A stretch of DNA of 64,000 nucleotides, taken from Candidatus Sulfomarinibacteraceae bacterium. Its GTDB lineage: Bacteria; Acidobacteriota; Thermoanaerobaculia; Thermoanaerobaculales; Sulfomarinibacteraceae. The notes below the pieces were generated by a model that made no database searches, was not told where the DNA came from, and saw only the letters and a list, made by a program, of their open reading frames with translations. Position 1 is the stretch's first letter. The number at the start of each line of letters is the position of its first letter. Positions 10,675 to 20,621 of the stretch are shown piece after piece. Position numbers and translations under genes: made by a program. The DNA lies in NCBI GenBank assembly GCA_963796455.1, contig CAWCLO010000001.1, positions 32,001 through 96,000 on the forward strand, given 5' to 3'.

Positions 10675-11975
10675 CTCTCCTCCTCCAAATGATTGCTTGA
10701 ATTCTTGATGCGGTAGAGCCGCTCTCCGGCTCGGGGGATGAGCACGATGCCTTCGTCCTCACGCCCCTCCCAGTCCTTGAAATTGACGGTCGCCGGATCG
10801 AGGTATCCAAGACCGATCGCTTCACAACGTTCGCGCGGGATACCGGTTGCCAGCGTCACACGAATACGCGCCTTCTCGACGCCGTCGATGAAGGTGCCGC
10901 CCCCCCGGAGGTGGGTCGAGTGCGCCAGTACGCCCCACGGAATGTGTTTGAAACGATCCCACTGGGCGGTGAAGTAATCGCGCACGTGATAGCCGACCTC
11001 GTCGAGGTAGCGCCCGTGCACATAAGAAATCTCCGTGATGTGGGGCGCATAGATCACCACCTCGCCGCCATCGGCGATCGCCGGTTCGAGCTTGTACATG
11101 CCTTTGGCGCCGGTCCAGATGTCGTCGTACATCTCCGGCATCACCGACAGGACCCTCTGAAAGGGCCGTTCCACCCACTCGATATCGAGCTCGGCCGAGA
11201 GTTCGGTCGCCTCCCGCCACGCCTCGTCCATATCGCCCATGAAAACGCCGTGCAGATCCTGGCCGTGCATGACCAGGGCGATGAGGCTTCTCTCCGTCGG
11301 GATGAACGATGCCGCGCGGTCGATCAGACGGCGCACCGGTGTGTCCCGGACGCCGATGATCTCCTGACTCGTGATCAGCGCTCCCACCCAGTGGGTGGCA
11401 TCGATCACTTCCTGACCGGCCACTCCCGGAACGAAGTACTTGTTGCCGCCCGAGAAACCCGCGACCTCGTGCGGGAACACGGGTCCGCAAACCAGAATAT
11501 GGTCATAGGGCCCGTTCCCCTCCGAATCACCGACGAGCTGATTGAGGCGCACATCGATAGCCATTTCGAGCATGCCGTCGCTCACTTCCGCCACCTCGCT
11601 CGCGGGGATGGTGCCGAGGGTCTCGAAGGTTTCAGGGGCTTCCCACCGGTGGTTGAAAATTCTCGATGGGCCCGCCCTGCCGTCGACCACCGTGGTCTCG
11701 AGCAATCGGCTCTTGGCCGCGTCGTCCATCGGCGGATGGGTACCGAGCGCTATCAGATAGTCGAGGGCCTCGACCCGCGACCCGATCAGATCGCCGAGCA
11801 GACCGAAGAAGCAACCGATCGGCGCCGACCGGGTGCCGTCCGGGATGATGACCAGGACCCGCCGCCCCTCGAGATCGAGGCTGCCCAGGCCTTCCGCCAG
11901 GACGTCCCGGATCTCGGTGTCGCTGAGGCCTCGTTGCGTATTGTTGGTGCTGAATACCACGGCAACGCTCCTCAA
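10671..11975 (-). CDS. LarA-family (nickel-pincer) 2-hydroxyacid racemase/epimerase, probable GntE-like mannonate/gluconate epimerase
   Basis: IIPDGTR, IALGTH and [13 protein letters not shown] motifs of the LarA family; sits between the SDR gene and gnd. Confidence 0.8.
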   Translation of the reverse strand: MRSVAVVFSTNNTQRGLSDTEIRDVLAEGLGSLDLEGRRVLVIIPDGTRSAPIGCFFGLLGDLIGSRVEALDYLIALGTHPPMDDAAKSRLLETTVVDGRAGPSRIFNHRWEAPETFETLGTIPASEVAEVSDGMLEMAIDVRLNQLVGDSEGNGPYDHILVCGPVFPHEVAGFSGGNKYFVPGVAGQEVIDATHWVGALITSQEIIGVRDTPVRRLIDRAASFIPTERSLIALVMHGQDLHGVFMGDMDEAWREATELSAELDIEWVERPFQRVLSVMPEMYDDIWTGAKGMYKLEPAIADGGEVVIYAPHITEISYVHGRYLDEVGYHVRDYFTAQWDRFKHIPWGVLAHSTHLRGGGTFIDGVEKARIRVTLATGIPRERCEAIGLGYLDPATVNFKDWEGREDEGIVLIPRAGERLYRIKNSSNHLEEER

Positions 11976-12754
11976 ATCGTCATCGCGGTAAAACCGCCGT
12001 CGACCCGGATCAGCGCACCGGTCACAAAGCCCGATGCCCTATCCGAAGCCAACCACACGGTAGCGCCCGCAAGCTCGTCGGCCTCGCCGAAGCGGTTCAT
12101 GGGCGTGTGCGCCATGATGGTTGCGGTGCGCTCCTCGGTCAGTAACTTCCGGTTCTGCTCGGCCGGGAAAAAGCCCGGCGCGATAGCATTGACCCGGACA
12201 TTTTGGGGAGCCCACTCGCGGGCCAGGAACTGGGTGAGGTTGTTGACACCCGCCTTGGTGACCGAGTAGGTAAAGACCTTGGAGAGCGGCGGACCGGAAG
12301 AAGCCGACGAGATGTTGATGATCGACCCGCCCTCGCCTCGCTCCACCATTTCTTGGCCGAAGACCTGGCACGACAAAAACATGCTCTTGAGATTGACCGA
12401 GATGATCCGGTCCCACTCTTCTTCGGTGATCTCGAAGAATGGAGTTCCGGAATTGATGCCGGGGGCATTGAGCACCACATCGACTCTCCCCCACACCGCC
12501 AGAACCTGGCCGAGCGCCTTCCGCAGATCCTCCTCGCTGGTGGCGTCGATCGCCATACCAAGGGCATCGACCCCGGAGACGGAGCGGATGCTCTCCGCCC
12601 TCGCGTCCGCGGCCTCGCCGTTGAGATCGAGGACAGCAACACGGGCGCCCGCCGCACCAAGCGCCTCCGCCATCGCACCAGCCAGCACACCACCGGCGCC
12701 GATCGCAACCGCGACCTTGCCGTCAAGTGAAAACATCGATTCGAGATAGCTCAT
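11972..12754 (-). CDS. SDR oxidoreductase, probable fructuronate reductase
   Basis: Rossmann GAGGVLA, YSVTK catalytic motif, VNAIAPGFFPAEQNRKLL; directly after uxaE. Confidence 0.8.
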   Translation of the reverse strand: MSYLESMFSLDGKVAVAIGAGGVLAGAMAEALGAAGARVAVLDLNGEAADARAESIRSVSGVDALGMAIDATSEEDLRKALGQVLAVWGRVDVVLNAPGINSGTPFFEITEEEWDRIISVNLKSMFLSCQVFGQEMVERGEGGSIINISSASSGPPLSKVFTYSVTKAGVNNLTQFLAREWAPQNVRVNAIAPGFFPAEQNRKLLTEERTATIMAHTPMNRFGEADELAGATVWLASDRASGFVTGALIRVDGGFTAMTI

Positions 12755-14325
12755 CCTTCTTCTCCAGTGGTCTCCGTAAAGGGCGCCGTGTGGCGCTGAA
12801 AGTGCGTCACGAGATTTTTGACATGTTGTGACTCGTGTTTTTCGAGGGCATCCAACAGGCGACGCTTGAACAGGTATTGCCCCTCGGCATCCTTCTCCGT
12901 CAGCACCCGGCCGAAGGTCACGTGGAGGATCTGGCGAGCGTCCTCGTCCTCGAAGAGAGCGGCAAGCTCGTCGTCACTGAGATCCGCCGCCGCCGGCACA
13001 CGGGAGAGCACCGCCGACACGTGATACGTGCGCCTCTCGTGTTCATAAAGCGAGCGCGAAAAATCGAGAATTTCCCGGAAGAAATCCGGCTCGCACGCGG
13101 CGATGGTTCGGAGAGCCTCGAGATAGCTGGTGCCCGCAGTCTTGACATGCACCCCGCCCCGGCCGATTTCGCCGATCACCCGGTAGACACCGAATTTGTC
13201 ACTCCCCGAGTGGATGCTGATCTTGTATGGCCCGAGCGCTTCCGCCACCGCCAGGTGTTTGATGTATTCGGCGCGGAACACCTCGAGGTCGCCCCGATAG
13301 TCGATTCCCTTTTCGAAATCACCGACAAAACGCGGTGCAAGACCCACCCAACGGACCCCGAGGCGCCGCAGTTCCGAGGCCACCAGCCAGTGTTCGAAGG
13401 GGGTCGTCACCGACGCGGTCTCATCCACCGATATTTCAACCTCAAAGGGGCGATCCCCCATCGTGGCCTCGATGTGGCGGTAGATCTTTGCGCTGTGGGC
13501 CAGTGACGCACCGTATTTGACCCAGGCCCGGAGCACCTCTTCCGACGAAGGGCCGATGGTCAGGCTCTGACCGGCCTCGATCACACCACCTGAATAGCGA
13601 CGAAGCGCATTGCCCAGCGAATCCTCGAGATCGGACCAAGGCAAACCGGTGGCAGCCTCCTGGAGCTCCGTTTCCGACATGGTGTCGGCCTCGTCGACCA
13701 CGTGATCGCCGGGATCGATGGTGAACATCGTGAAACCGGCCTCCGCCATCAGCTCCACATCGGCGGGAGTCTTGAGATGGTCTGCATCCGCTCCCCACGG
13801 ATCCTTCCACGCTTCTTCGAGTACGGCCCAGGTGGCAGCATCCATGACTTCGTCGGGCGTCCGTTCGGTTCGCTCCAACTCGCGGATCGACTGTTGCGCG
13901 AGAACGACCTTGAAGCCGCTCCCGCGGAGCGCGCGGAGATGTGCCGGTCCGGCAATACCGAGTCGGTCGCCGAGACCGAAACTGTCATCGAGACCGAGGG
14001 GCTGCGGGCGGGTCGACTCGCAGACTTTGCGCACCGCCACAGCATTGTGGTGATCCAGCTCGCCGAAGCACGCCTCGAGGCCCGCCTCGACCACCCACCG
14101 CTCGCCTTGAAACGGCGCCGCGAGCCCCGATTCCACCAGCTCGACAACCAGTAGTCGGCGTTTAGCGCCATCGTGCGCGACCATGACCGCGCCGCCGCCG
14201 GTCCAGCAGATCGAGCGTTGTGAAACTTCCACCTCCAGGCCCGACGGCAGGGTGAGCGTCTCGCGGGTCACACCATCTCCGGGTGCCAGGGTCGGTAACT
14301 GTTCGAGTTGTTGGCGAAGATTCAT
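12751..14325 (-). CDS. uxaE: Tagaturonate/fructuronate epimerase
   Basis: SFGLGDRLG, AQQSIRE, GADADHLKT, SIHSGSDKF, HVKTAGTSYLEALR and RQILHVTFG; GAAGGAG RBS before ATG 14325. Confidence 0.9.
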   Translation of the reverse strand: MNLRQQLEQLPTLAPGDGVTRETLTLPSGLEVEVSQRSICWTGGGAVMVAHDGAKRRLLVVELVESGLAAPFQGERWVVEAGLEACFGELDHHNAVAVRKVCESTRPQPLGLDDSFGLGDRLGIAGPAHLRALRGSGFKVVLAQQSIRELERTERTPDEVMDAATWAVLEEAWKDPWGADADHLKTPADVELMAEAGFTMFTIDPGDHVVDEADTMSETELQEAATGLPWSDLEDSLGNALRRYSGGVIEAGQSLTIGPSSEEVLRAWVKYGASLAHSAKIYRHIEATMGDRPFEVEISVDETASVTTPFEHWLVASELRRLGVRWVGLAPRFVGDFEKGIDYRGDLEVFRAEYIKHLAVAEALGPYKISIHSGSDKFGVYRVIGEIGRGGVHVKTAGTSYLEALRTIAACEPDFFREILDFSRSLYEHERRTYHVSAVLSRVPAAADLSDDELAALFEDEDARQILHVTFGRVLTEKDAEGQYLFKRRLLDALEKHESQHVKNLVTHFQRHTAPFTETTGEEG

Positions 14326-14335
14326 ATCGTCTCCT

Positions 14336-15631
14336 TCAGTATCCAAATAAGGATGGCAGCCAAAGGCTGAGCCACGGAACAAAAGTCACCACGATCAGTG
14401 CAACCACCATCGCCGCATACATCGGCAGGAGCGGCCGGATCACCCGCGCAATACTGGTCCCCGCCACCCCGCACCCGACGAAGAGCACACTGCCTACCGG
14501 TGGTGTGCAGAGACCGATGCAGAGATTGAGCACCATCACAATTCCGAAATGGGTCGGGTCCATCCCCAGACCGGTCACGACCGGGAGAAAGATCGGGGTG
14601 AAGATCAACACTGCCGGGGTCATATCCATAAAGGTCCCGACCACCAGCAAGATCAGGTTGATGATGAGTAGGATCACCACCGGGTTGTCGGTCAGAGCGA
14701 GCATGGCCGCGCTGACGGTCTGGGGGATGTTCTCGTACGAAAGCAGCCACGACATTGCTGTCGAGGTGCCGATGAGGAGCATGACGATGGCCGTGGTCGC
14801 CACCGTAGCGAGCAGGATCTGCGGGAGGTCGCGGACCCGCATCTCGCGGTAGAGGAACGCCAGGATCCCTGAGTAGAGAACCGCAACTGCGGCTGCCTCG
14901 GTGGCGGTGAAGATCCCGGCAACGATGCCGCCGATGACCACGAACAACAACAGCAGACTGGGAAGCGCCGAGAAGAACTTTTTGACCACCTCGCCGACTC
15001 GAAAGCTTCCGGCCACCGGATAGTGATTGCGGACCGCGACGATGCCCGCCACCATCATCAATAACAGGCCCACGAGTATTCCAGGAAGGTATCCGGCCAG
15101 AAAGAGGGCACCGATTGAGACTCCGCCCGAAGCCAGCGAAAAAACGATCAAAATGTTAGACGGCGGGATGATGAGACCGGTGGTCGCCGAGGAGATGTTG
15201 ATCGCCGCCGAAAAGTCCTTGTCGTAACCCTCTTCAACCATCCTTGGACCAACCACGCCGCCGATGGCTGAGGCCGCCGCCACAGCCGAACCGGAGATGG
15301 CGCCAAAGAGCATCGAAGCCAGGATGTGAACATGGGCGAGCCCACCCGGCAGCATCCCGATCACCGCCTTGGCAAAATCGATGAGCCGGCGAGCGATGCC
15401 GCCCCGATTCATGAGCTGGCCGGCCAAAATAAAAAATGGGATCGCCAGCAGAGCAAAACTGTCGAGACCCGTGGCTATCCGTTGCGCAACGGTAATCAGG
15501 GCAGGATCGGCTGCCATCCCGAGGAGCATCGTGACGAGCGTGCCGATCCCGATGGCAAAGGCGATCGGTACGCCGAGCAGAAGCAGCACGCCGAAAGTCA
15601 TGATCAGAATGGCGATATGGAACCAGTCCAT
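14336..15631 (-). CDS. dctM: TRAP transporter large permease
   Basis: LLAIPFF, GAISGSAVA, IIPPS and TPPVG motifs; highly hydrophobic. Confidence 0.93.
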   Translation of the reverse strand: MDWFHIAILIMTFGVLLLLGVPIAFAIGIGTLVTMLLGMAADPALITVAQRIATGLDSFALLAIPFFILAGQLMNRGGIARRLIDFAKAVIGMLPGGLAHVHILASMLFGAISGSAVAAASAIGGVVGPRMVEEGYDKDFSAAINISSATTGLIIPPSNILIVFSLASGGVSIGALFLAGYLPGILVGLLLMMVAGIVAVRNHYPVAGSFRVGEVVKKFFSALPSLLLLFVVIGGIVAGIFTATEAAAVAVLYSGILAFLYREMRVRDLPQILLATVATTAIVMLLIGTSTAMSWLLSYENIPQTVSAAMLALTDNPVVILLIINLILLVVGTFMDMTPAVLIFTPIFLPVVTGLGMDPTHFGIVMVLNLCIGLCTPPVGSVLFVGCGVAGTSIARVIRPLLPMYAAMVVALIVVTFVPWLSLWLPSLFGY

Positions 15632-16146
15632 CAGACAGTCCCACCGTCGTCGGCCGAATCACTCCCAGCACGTAGGGAGTTCCATGCCTCGGCTCCGTGC
15701 AACGCGGTATAAAACATCATCAACAAACCGGAAAGCGGTAGGGCCAGATACACAATGCCCAACGGCACCTGCAGCGCCGCTGAAGTCTGGCCGAGACCGA
15801 GGGTCAGCCACACCAGACCCACACCACCAGCGACCAGGACCGCCGCCGCAAAAACAAAGATGCAGGCCGCGATGAAAAGATCGAGGATGGCCCGGTTTCT
15901 GCCTTTCAGGAGCGCCGGCACGAGGTCGATGGCAAGGTGGATCCTTTTGCCCACCGCATAGGCTCCACCCAACAATCCGAGCCACACCAGGCTGTAGCGC
16001 GCGATCTCCTCGGTGAAAGAACTCGGATCGAGGAGCACGAATCGGGTGGTCACCTGCCACAGTACGTTGACCACCATCGTCGCCATGAGAGCGATGAGAA
16101 CCCACTCCAGACCGCGATCAACAATCCGACGCAGGCCGCGGCTCAT
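15631..16146 (-). CDS. dctQ: TRAP transporter small permease
   Basis: Four TM segments; TEEIARY and HLAID motifs; between dctP and dctM. Confidence 0.9.
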   Translation of the reverse strand: MSRGLRRIVDRGLEWVLIALMATMVVNVLWQVTTRFVLLDPSSFTEEIARYSLVWLGLLGGAYAVGKRIHLAIDLVPALLKGRNRAILDLFIAACIFVFAAAVLVAGGVGLVWLTLGLGQTSAALQVPLGIVYLALPLSGLLMMFYTALHGAEAWNSLRAGSDSADDGGTV

Positions 16147-17162
16147 GGCTTCTCCGCCACTTCGCGGATTCGCTCGATCCAGCGCCAGATTTCCGGTTGC
16201 TCTCGGTATTCCTCGATCATTGGTCTGACCGCATTTTCAAAGGGTGCCTTGTCCGGCCGGATGATCTCGATACCCGCCTCCTGGACCATGTCCAAGGCGT
16301 CTTGAGATGCCTCGGCCCAGATCAGCTTCTGATACTCAGCCGCCTGGAGCGCCGCGCGTTGGACAATATCCCGTTCATTCGGATCGAGGTCGTCCCAGAC
16401 TCTGGTGCTCATCAGCAGTACATCGGGGACCCAGGTGTGTTCGTCGAGGCTGTAGTAGCGACACACTTCGTAGTGGTGCGAAAGATAAAAACTCGGCGGG
16501 TTGTTTTCGGCTCCATCCACCACCCCCTGTTGCAGGGCGGTGTAGAGCTCACCCCAGGAGATCGGCGTCGCCGACCCGCCCAGAGCTCGGACCATCCGCA
16601 TTGCGGTGGCGCTCTCCTGAGTTCTGATCTTGAGGCCCGCCAGATCATCCGGTGAATGAATCGGAGTGTCGCGGGTGTAGAAGGACCTGCTCCCGGCATC
16701 GAAATAACAAAGGCCCCGCAACCGTGAATCCAGGCCATCGAGGAGCAGTTCTCCGCCGATGTCTCCCTCGAGAACCGCAAAGAGGTGTGCGCGATCGCGA
16801 AAGAGATACGGCAGGCTGAACACCTTGAAGGACGGGATGAAGGCCTCTGCCACGCTTGCCGAAACCTTTGTCATGCCGACAGAACCTATTTGCAGCAGTT
16901 CAACGCACTCACGTTCCGAACCGAGTTGTTCGGATGGATAGATGTCTATCCGAACGCTTCCTCGGGAGTCCTCGGCCACGATCTCCGCCATCCGCAGCAT
17001 GGCCTCGTGCACCGGGTGCATCACATCGAGACCGTGTGCAAGCTTGATGACCGTGGGCGCTCGACCACCACTGCAGCTCAGTGAGCTGAAAACCAGAACC
17101 AAGACGCAGGCGATCTTCGTCCAAATATTGCAGGCACAGGGGCGTATCGCCTGCGTCCCCAC
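16143..17162 (-). CDS. dctP: TRAP substrate-binding protein (uronate-type context)
   Basis: QLGSERE, GLKIRT and ELYTALQQGVVDGAENN motifs. Confidence 0.92.
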   Translation of the reverse strand: MGTQAIRPCACNIWTKIACVLVLVFSSLSCSGGRAPTVIKLAHGLDVMHPVHEAMLRMAEIVAEDSRGSVRIDIYPSEQLGSERECVELLQIGSVGMTKVSASVAEAFIPSFKVFSLPYLFRDRAHLFAVLEGDIGGELLLDGLDSRLRGLCYFDAGSRSFYTRDTPIHSPDDLAGLKIRTQESATAMRMVRALGGSATPISWGELYTALQQGVVDGAENNPPSFYLSHHYEVCRYYSLDEHTWVPDVLLMSTRVWDDLDPNERDIVQRAALQAAEYQKLIWAEASQDALDMVQEAGIEIIRPDKAPFENAVRPMIEEYREQPEIWRWIERIREVAEKP

Positions 17163-17936
17163 CTAGCGCTCTCCCTCTTTCGGGTAGTGCGTCCCCTTCA
17201 CCTCGATCTCCTGCGTCTCCTGGGCCCATTGGAGGTGCAAACCCATCTCCTTCCGTGCGCGTTCGACGTCGCGTGCCCGAATCGCCTGGTAGATGCCGCG
17301 ATGTTGCTCGGCCGCCTCGGGCGCATCCCGCCAGCGATCCACCGTCTTTTTCCGCTGGTCATAAAAGAGGTCAGCGACCATTTCCATGATCGCGGCCAAA
17401 AGCGGATTTCGCGCCGCCGACGCGACCGCCCTGTGAAACCGGATATCGTGAATCAGGAAACGTTGCACATCATCGATCGACGCAAACATCTCCATCACTT
17501 CTTCTGAAATGACCGCCAGTTCATCACCGCTGGCGCGTTCTGCGGCCAGACCCGCGAGATCGATCTCGATCACCCTTCGAGCCTCGAAGAGCTCATCCTG
17601 AGGAATACCGTGCAGGGCTGAGAAGAGCGACAAGGGATTCACATCCAGAACGGGAGGGCCATCGGCGACGAAGGTCCCTGCACCACGTCTGGTTTCGACC
17701 ACACCCACCGTGGCCAGAGATTTCAAGCCGACCCGGATGCTCGGCCGGCTGACCCCTATCAACCGCGCCAGTTCCCTTTCCGGCGGCAGTTTGTCGCCGG
17801 CCCTGAAATCGCCGCTCTCGATCATCCGCCGGACGTAGGCCACAACAAGCTTTGCGGCCGGTGCAGCCTCGAAGGCTGTCGAAGGCCTGCCGGTCTGGTG
17901 GGTATCTCCAACCTGTCTATTCTTTGGTCTTACCAC
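17163..17936 (-). CDS. GntR/FadR-family transcriptional regulator
   Basis: LPPERELARLIGVSRPSIR wHTH and FCD domain (DIRFH..A.N). Start placed at GTG 17936 (possibly leaderless); the ORF extends to 17972. Confidence 0.88.
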   Translation of the reverse strand: MVRPKNRQVGDTHQTGRPSTAFEAAPAAKLVVAYVRRMIESGDFRAGDKLPPERELARLIGVSRPSIRVGLKSLATVGVVETRRGAGTFVADGPPVLDVNPLSLFSALHGIPQDELFEARRVIEIDLAGLAAERASGDELAVISEEVMEMFASIDDVQRFLIHDIRFHRAVASAARNPLLAAIMEMVADLFYDQRKKTVDRWRDAPEAAEQHRGIYQAIRARDVERARKEMGLHLQWAQETQEIEVKGTHYPKEGER

Positions 17937-17972
17937 ATTCGAAAGTCTATCATCCCGATTGAGGCAAAACAA
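17924..17972 (-). promoter_or_regulatory. Putative sigma70 promoter (TTGTTT-17-TAGACT with TG extension) and FadR-type operator TGGT-N3-ACCA overlapping the GntR start
   Basis: Minus strand reads TTGTTT tgcctcaatcgggatga TAGACT ttcgaat GTG; plus strand TGGTCTTACCA at 17925-17935. Confidence 0.5.
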
Positions 17973-18111
17973 CGGCTGGAAAAATTCATCGATGATGAGT
18001 TCGGAAGATAATGATGGAAGTCATCCTCACCATCGTTGACCGATCATAATTGAACCATTGAAGGGCGTAGCAAAGTCAAATTCAGAAAACGAGGTTCATT
18101 CGACAATGAAC

Positions 18112-18130
18112 AAATTGGTCTTGCCAATTT
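18112..18130. promoter_or_regulatory. FadR-subfamily operator palindrome AAATTGGTCTTGCCAATTT
   Basis: Near-perfect palindrome matching the AATTGGT-N3-ACCAATT pattern of PdhR/LldR/UxuR-like boxes, upstream of the GntR operon. Confidence 0.65.
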
Positions 18131-18173
18131 ATCGAAGCCGAAGAGTTGACGACACCCCGCTTCTCTCACATTC

Positions 18174-19118
18174 TCAGACCACAACCCGATCTTCAATCAC
18201 CTCATTTTCGCGGACGCAGGCCCCACGAAGAATGACCGATCGGCGCACGGCTGCACCGTCACCGATGGCGCAACCCGACTCGAGATAGACCTCGGGCCCG
18301 ATCTCGCAGCCGTCACCGATCACGACTCCCGGGTCGACCCACACCGGATCGATCAAGGTTGATCCATTGCCCACCTGGTCCGGGCCGAGGTGCTTCAGAT
18401 CCGATCCTTCGGTCAGCAACCGCCGGGTCAATTGCAGAAGATCCTCCGGAGTCGAAACCTGGATTCTCCCGGTTGCCCGCACACCTGTCACCCGCCCACC
18501 GCCATCGATCAAGGCCTGGATCGCGTCCTGCAGTTCATACTCCCCCCGCGGGGAAGGTTCGACCTGAGCGACAAAATCGAGAATCTCGTTCGAGAAGATG
18601 TAGTGCGGCAAACTCACCGTCTGGGACGGGGCCTCCTCGAGGGTCGGTTTTTCCACGATCCGGCGGATAAGGTCACCGTCCAGCTCCACGACCCCACTCT
18701 TCGAAACCATCTCGGGCTCGACGTCGAGGAGGCTGAGTACGGCATCCGAAGCTGCCGTGGATTTGAGCAGATCATGCACATGGGATGAACTGATCAGACT
18801 GTCGCAAGCCGAAAGCACAAACCGACCGCCAATCAGCGGAGCCGCCAGTCCGAGGGCATGAGCCATGCCAAGTCGCTCGTTCTGGTTCACAAACTCAGGC
18901 TTGATTCTGAGCGGCCCGTGCTTCGTGAAATACCGTCTGATCGCCTGATCTTCCGGCGATACGACAAAGACAAAATCGTCGATCCCGTTTTCTACGAACG
19001 GCATCAAAGCACGCTCGACCAGTGGGCGTCCGAGCAACGGCACCATCGCCTTGCTCCTGGAATCGGTGACCGGCTTGAGGCGGGTGCCCAAACCGGCCGC
19101 GAGGATAACCGCCTGCAT
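18174..19118 (-). CDS. Sugar-1-phosphate nucleotidyltransferase with C-terminal hexapeptide repeats
   Basis: MQAVILAAGLGTRL, IVEKP and SPRGEYELQDA; start overlaps the kinase stop (TGATG). Confidence 0.88.
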   Translation of the reverse strand: MQAVILAAGLGTRLKPVTDSRSKAMVPLLGRPLVERALMPFVENGIDDFVFVVSPEDQAIRRYFTKHGPLRIKPEFVNQNERLGMAHALGLAAPLIGGRFVLSACDSLISSSHVHDLLKSTAASDAVLSLLDVEPEMVSKSGVVELDGDLIRRIVEKPTLEEAPSQTVSLPHYIFSNEILDFVAQVEPSPRGEYELQDAIQALIDGGGRVTGVRATGRIQVSTPEDLLQLTRRLLTEGSDLKHLGPDQVGNGSTLIDPVWVDPGVVIGDGCEIGPEVYLESGCAIGDGAAVRRSVILRGACVRENEVIEDRVVV

Positions 19119-20353
19119 CACTGTTCCAATCGACGGATCAAGGCCGGCCCGCCTGTTCGGCAAACGTGGAACGAAGCGCCGGCAGCCGCTTCGGGATGGG
19201 CGGCATGATATGCCTTGGAAACTTCCTCGATGATCGGCCGATCCGCCCCGGGCTCGATCAGGGCGATACAACTCCCGCCGAAGCCTCCGCCCGAAAACCG
19301 TGCTCCATAGACCCCATCCGCATTCCGCAAAAGATCAGAAAGGGTCGCGAGCTCGCTGGTACCGCTTTCGTAGTTTTGGATCGAACTGGCGCCCGAAGCA
19401 TTCATCAATTTCCCGAACCGTGAAAGATCGCCCCGGCGCCAGGCATCCACGCCACGGTTCACACGATCCTGTTCACTGAAATAGTGGGTTGCCCGGAGAC
19501 GTGCGACCCGGGGCAGTTCCGCACGGTATCGTTTGAACACCTCCGGCGAGACGTCCGAAAGAACCCCATTTCCGCTGGAAGCCTGATCATCCATCGCCAG
19601 CAGCAGCCTGGCAGCCTCTCGACACTCCTCCACACGGTCGTTGAAGCCGGAACCGGCAAGCCTCCGATCGACTCCTGAATCAGCGACCAGAACCCGAAAG
19701 TCATCTTTTGCCCCTTCCGGGCGAGCAACCTGCCCAATGGTCAGATCCGAGCAGTCGACGCAGGTCAGACGCTCGGGTTCGGCAAAGAGAATGATGCTCT
19801 GGTCGAGACGACCGCAGTCGACGCCTACGAAATCGTTCTCGGCCTGTTGCGCCAGAGCAGATACTTCTTCACGAGAAATTTCGATTTCGTTGGCGCGGGA
19901 CAACCCGAGCAGGTAGGAGATCAAGACCGCCGCTGAAGAACTGAGCCCCGCGCCCGGCAGATCGCCGCCGATCACCGCGCGGAGACCGCGTCGAAGCTCA
20001 AAATTCTGGCCGAGCACAAAAACCGCCGCCCGGAGATAGTCACCCCAGTCGCCATGCTTCTCGGAGACAGCTCGATTGAGATCAACCTCGACCGCACCCG
20101 AAAATTGGAGGCTCGTCACGCGGACGAGGGTGTCTGCAGTTGGAGCGGCGGCGAGCACGACCCCCCGGTCAATGGTCATTCCCGTGACCCGACCACCCTG
20201 GTGATCCACGTGCGCACCCAGGGGACATATCCTGAGCGGTGCCTCGGCGAGAAAGCCGTCAGACATCATTGTCGGGTGGGTGCTCGAAAAAGAGTCGACC
20301 ACCTTCCTGCGCCGTTCACTGAATTCTCCAGAGGTGTGATCTTGTGAGCCCAT
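19118..20353 (-). CDS. GHMP kinase, galacturonokinase-like (galactokinase family)
   Basis: APLRICPLGAHVDHQGG, GAGLSSSAA and GARFSGGGFGG; the substrate motif differs from GalK GRVNLIGEHTDY. Confidence 0.8.
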   Translation of the reverse strand: MGSQDHTSGEFSERRRKVVDSFSSTHPTMMSDGFLAEAPLRICPLGAHVDHQGGRVTGMTIDRGVVLAAAPTADTLVRVTSLQFSGAVEVDLNRAVSEKHGDWGDYLRAAVFVLGQNFELRRGLRAVIGGDLPGAGLSSSAAVLISYLLGLSRANEIEISREEVSALAQQAENDFVGVDCGRLDQSIILFAEPERLTCVDCSDLTIGQVARPEGAKDDFRVLVADSGVDRRLAGSGFNDRVEECREAARLLLAMDDQASSGNGVLSDVSPEVFKRYRAELPRVARLRATHYFSEQDRVNRGVDAWRRGDLSRFGKLMNASGASSIQNYESGTSELATLSDLLRNADGVYGARFSGGGFGGSCIALIEPGADRPIIEEVSKAYHAAHPEAAAGASFHVCRTGGPALIRRLEQ

Positions 20354-20621
20354 GAGACGACCCAGGATAGCCGTGCGCCCCGGGCCGATCAATTCGGCTC
20401 GCAAAAACCTCTTTTCGCGAGGCCCGAATCTGGAATAATTGCGGCGCTCGAAGGATCTTAGGCCGGAGTCGGCCCCTTTGCCGGAAAAGCCCGGCGCATC
20501 GGCATCATGGGGACATCCTTCACGCAACGCAAGGTCATCCCCATTCTCGGTGCCCTCACCATTTTTTTGGACATGAGCGTCAAGCTGCCACAGGGCTCGG
20601 CCCTGGCCGCAGCTGGAGAGG

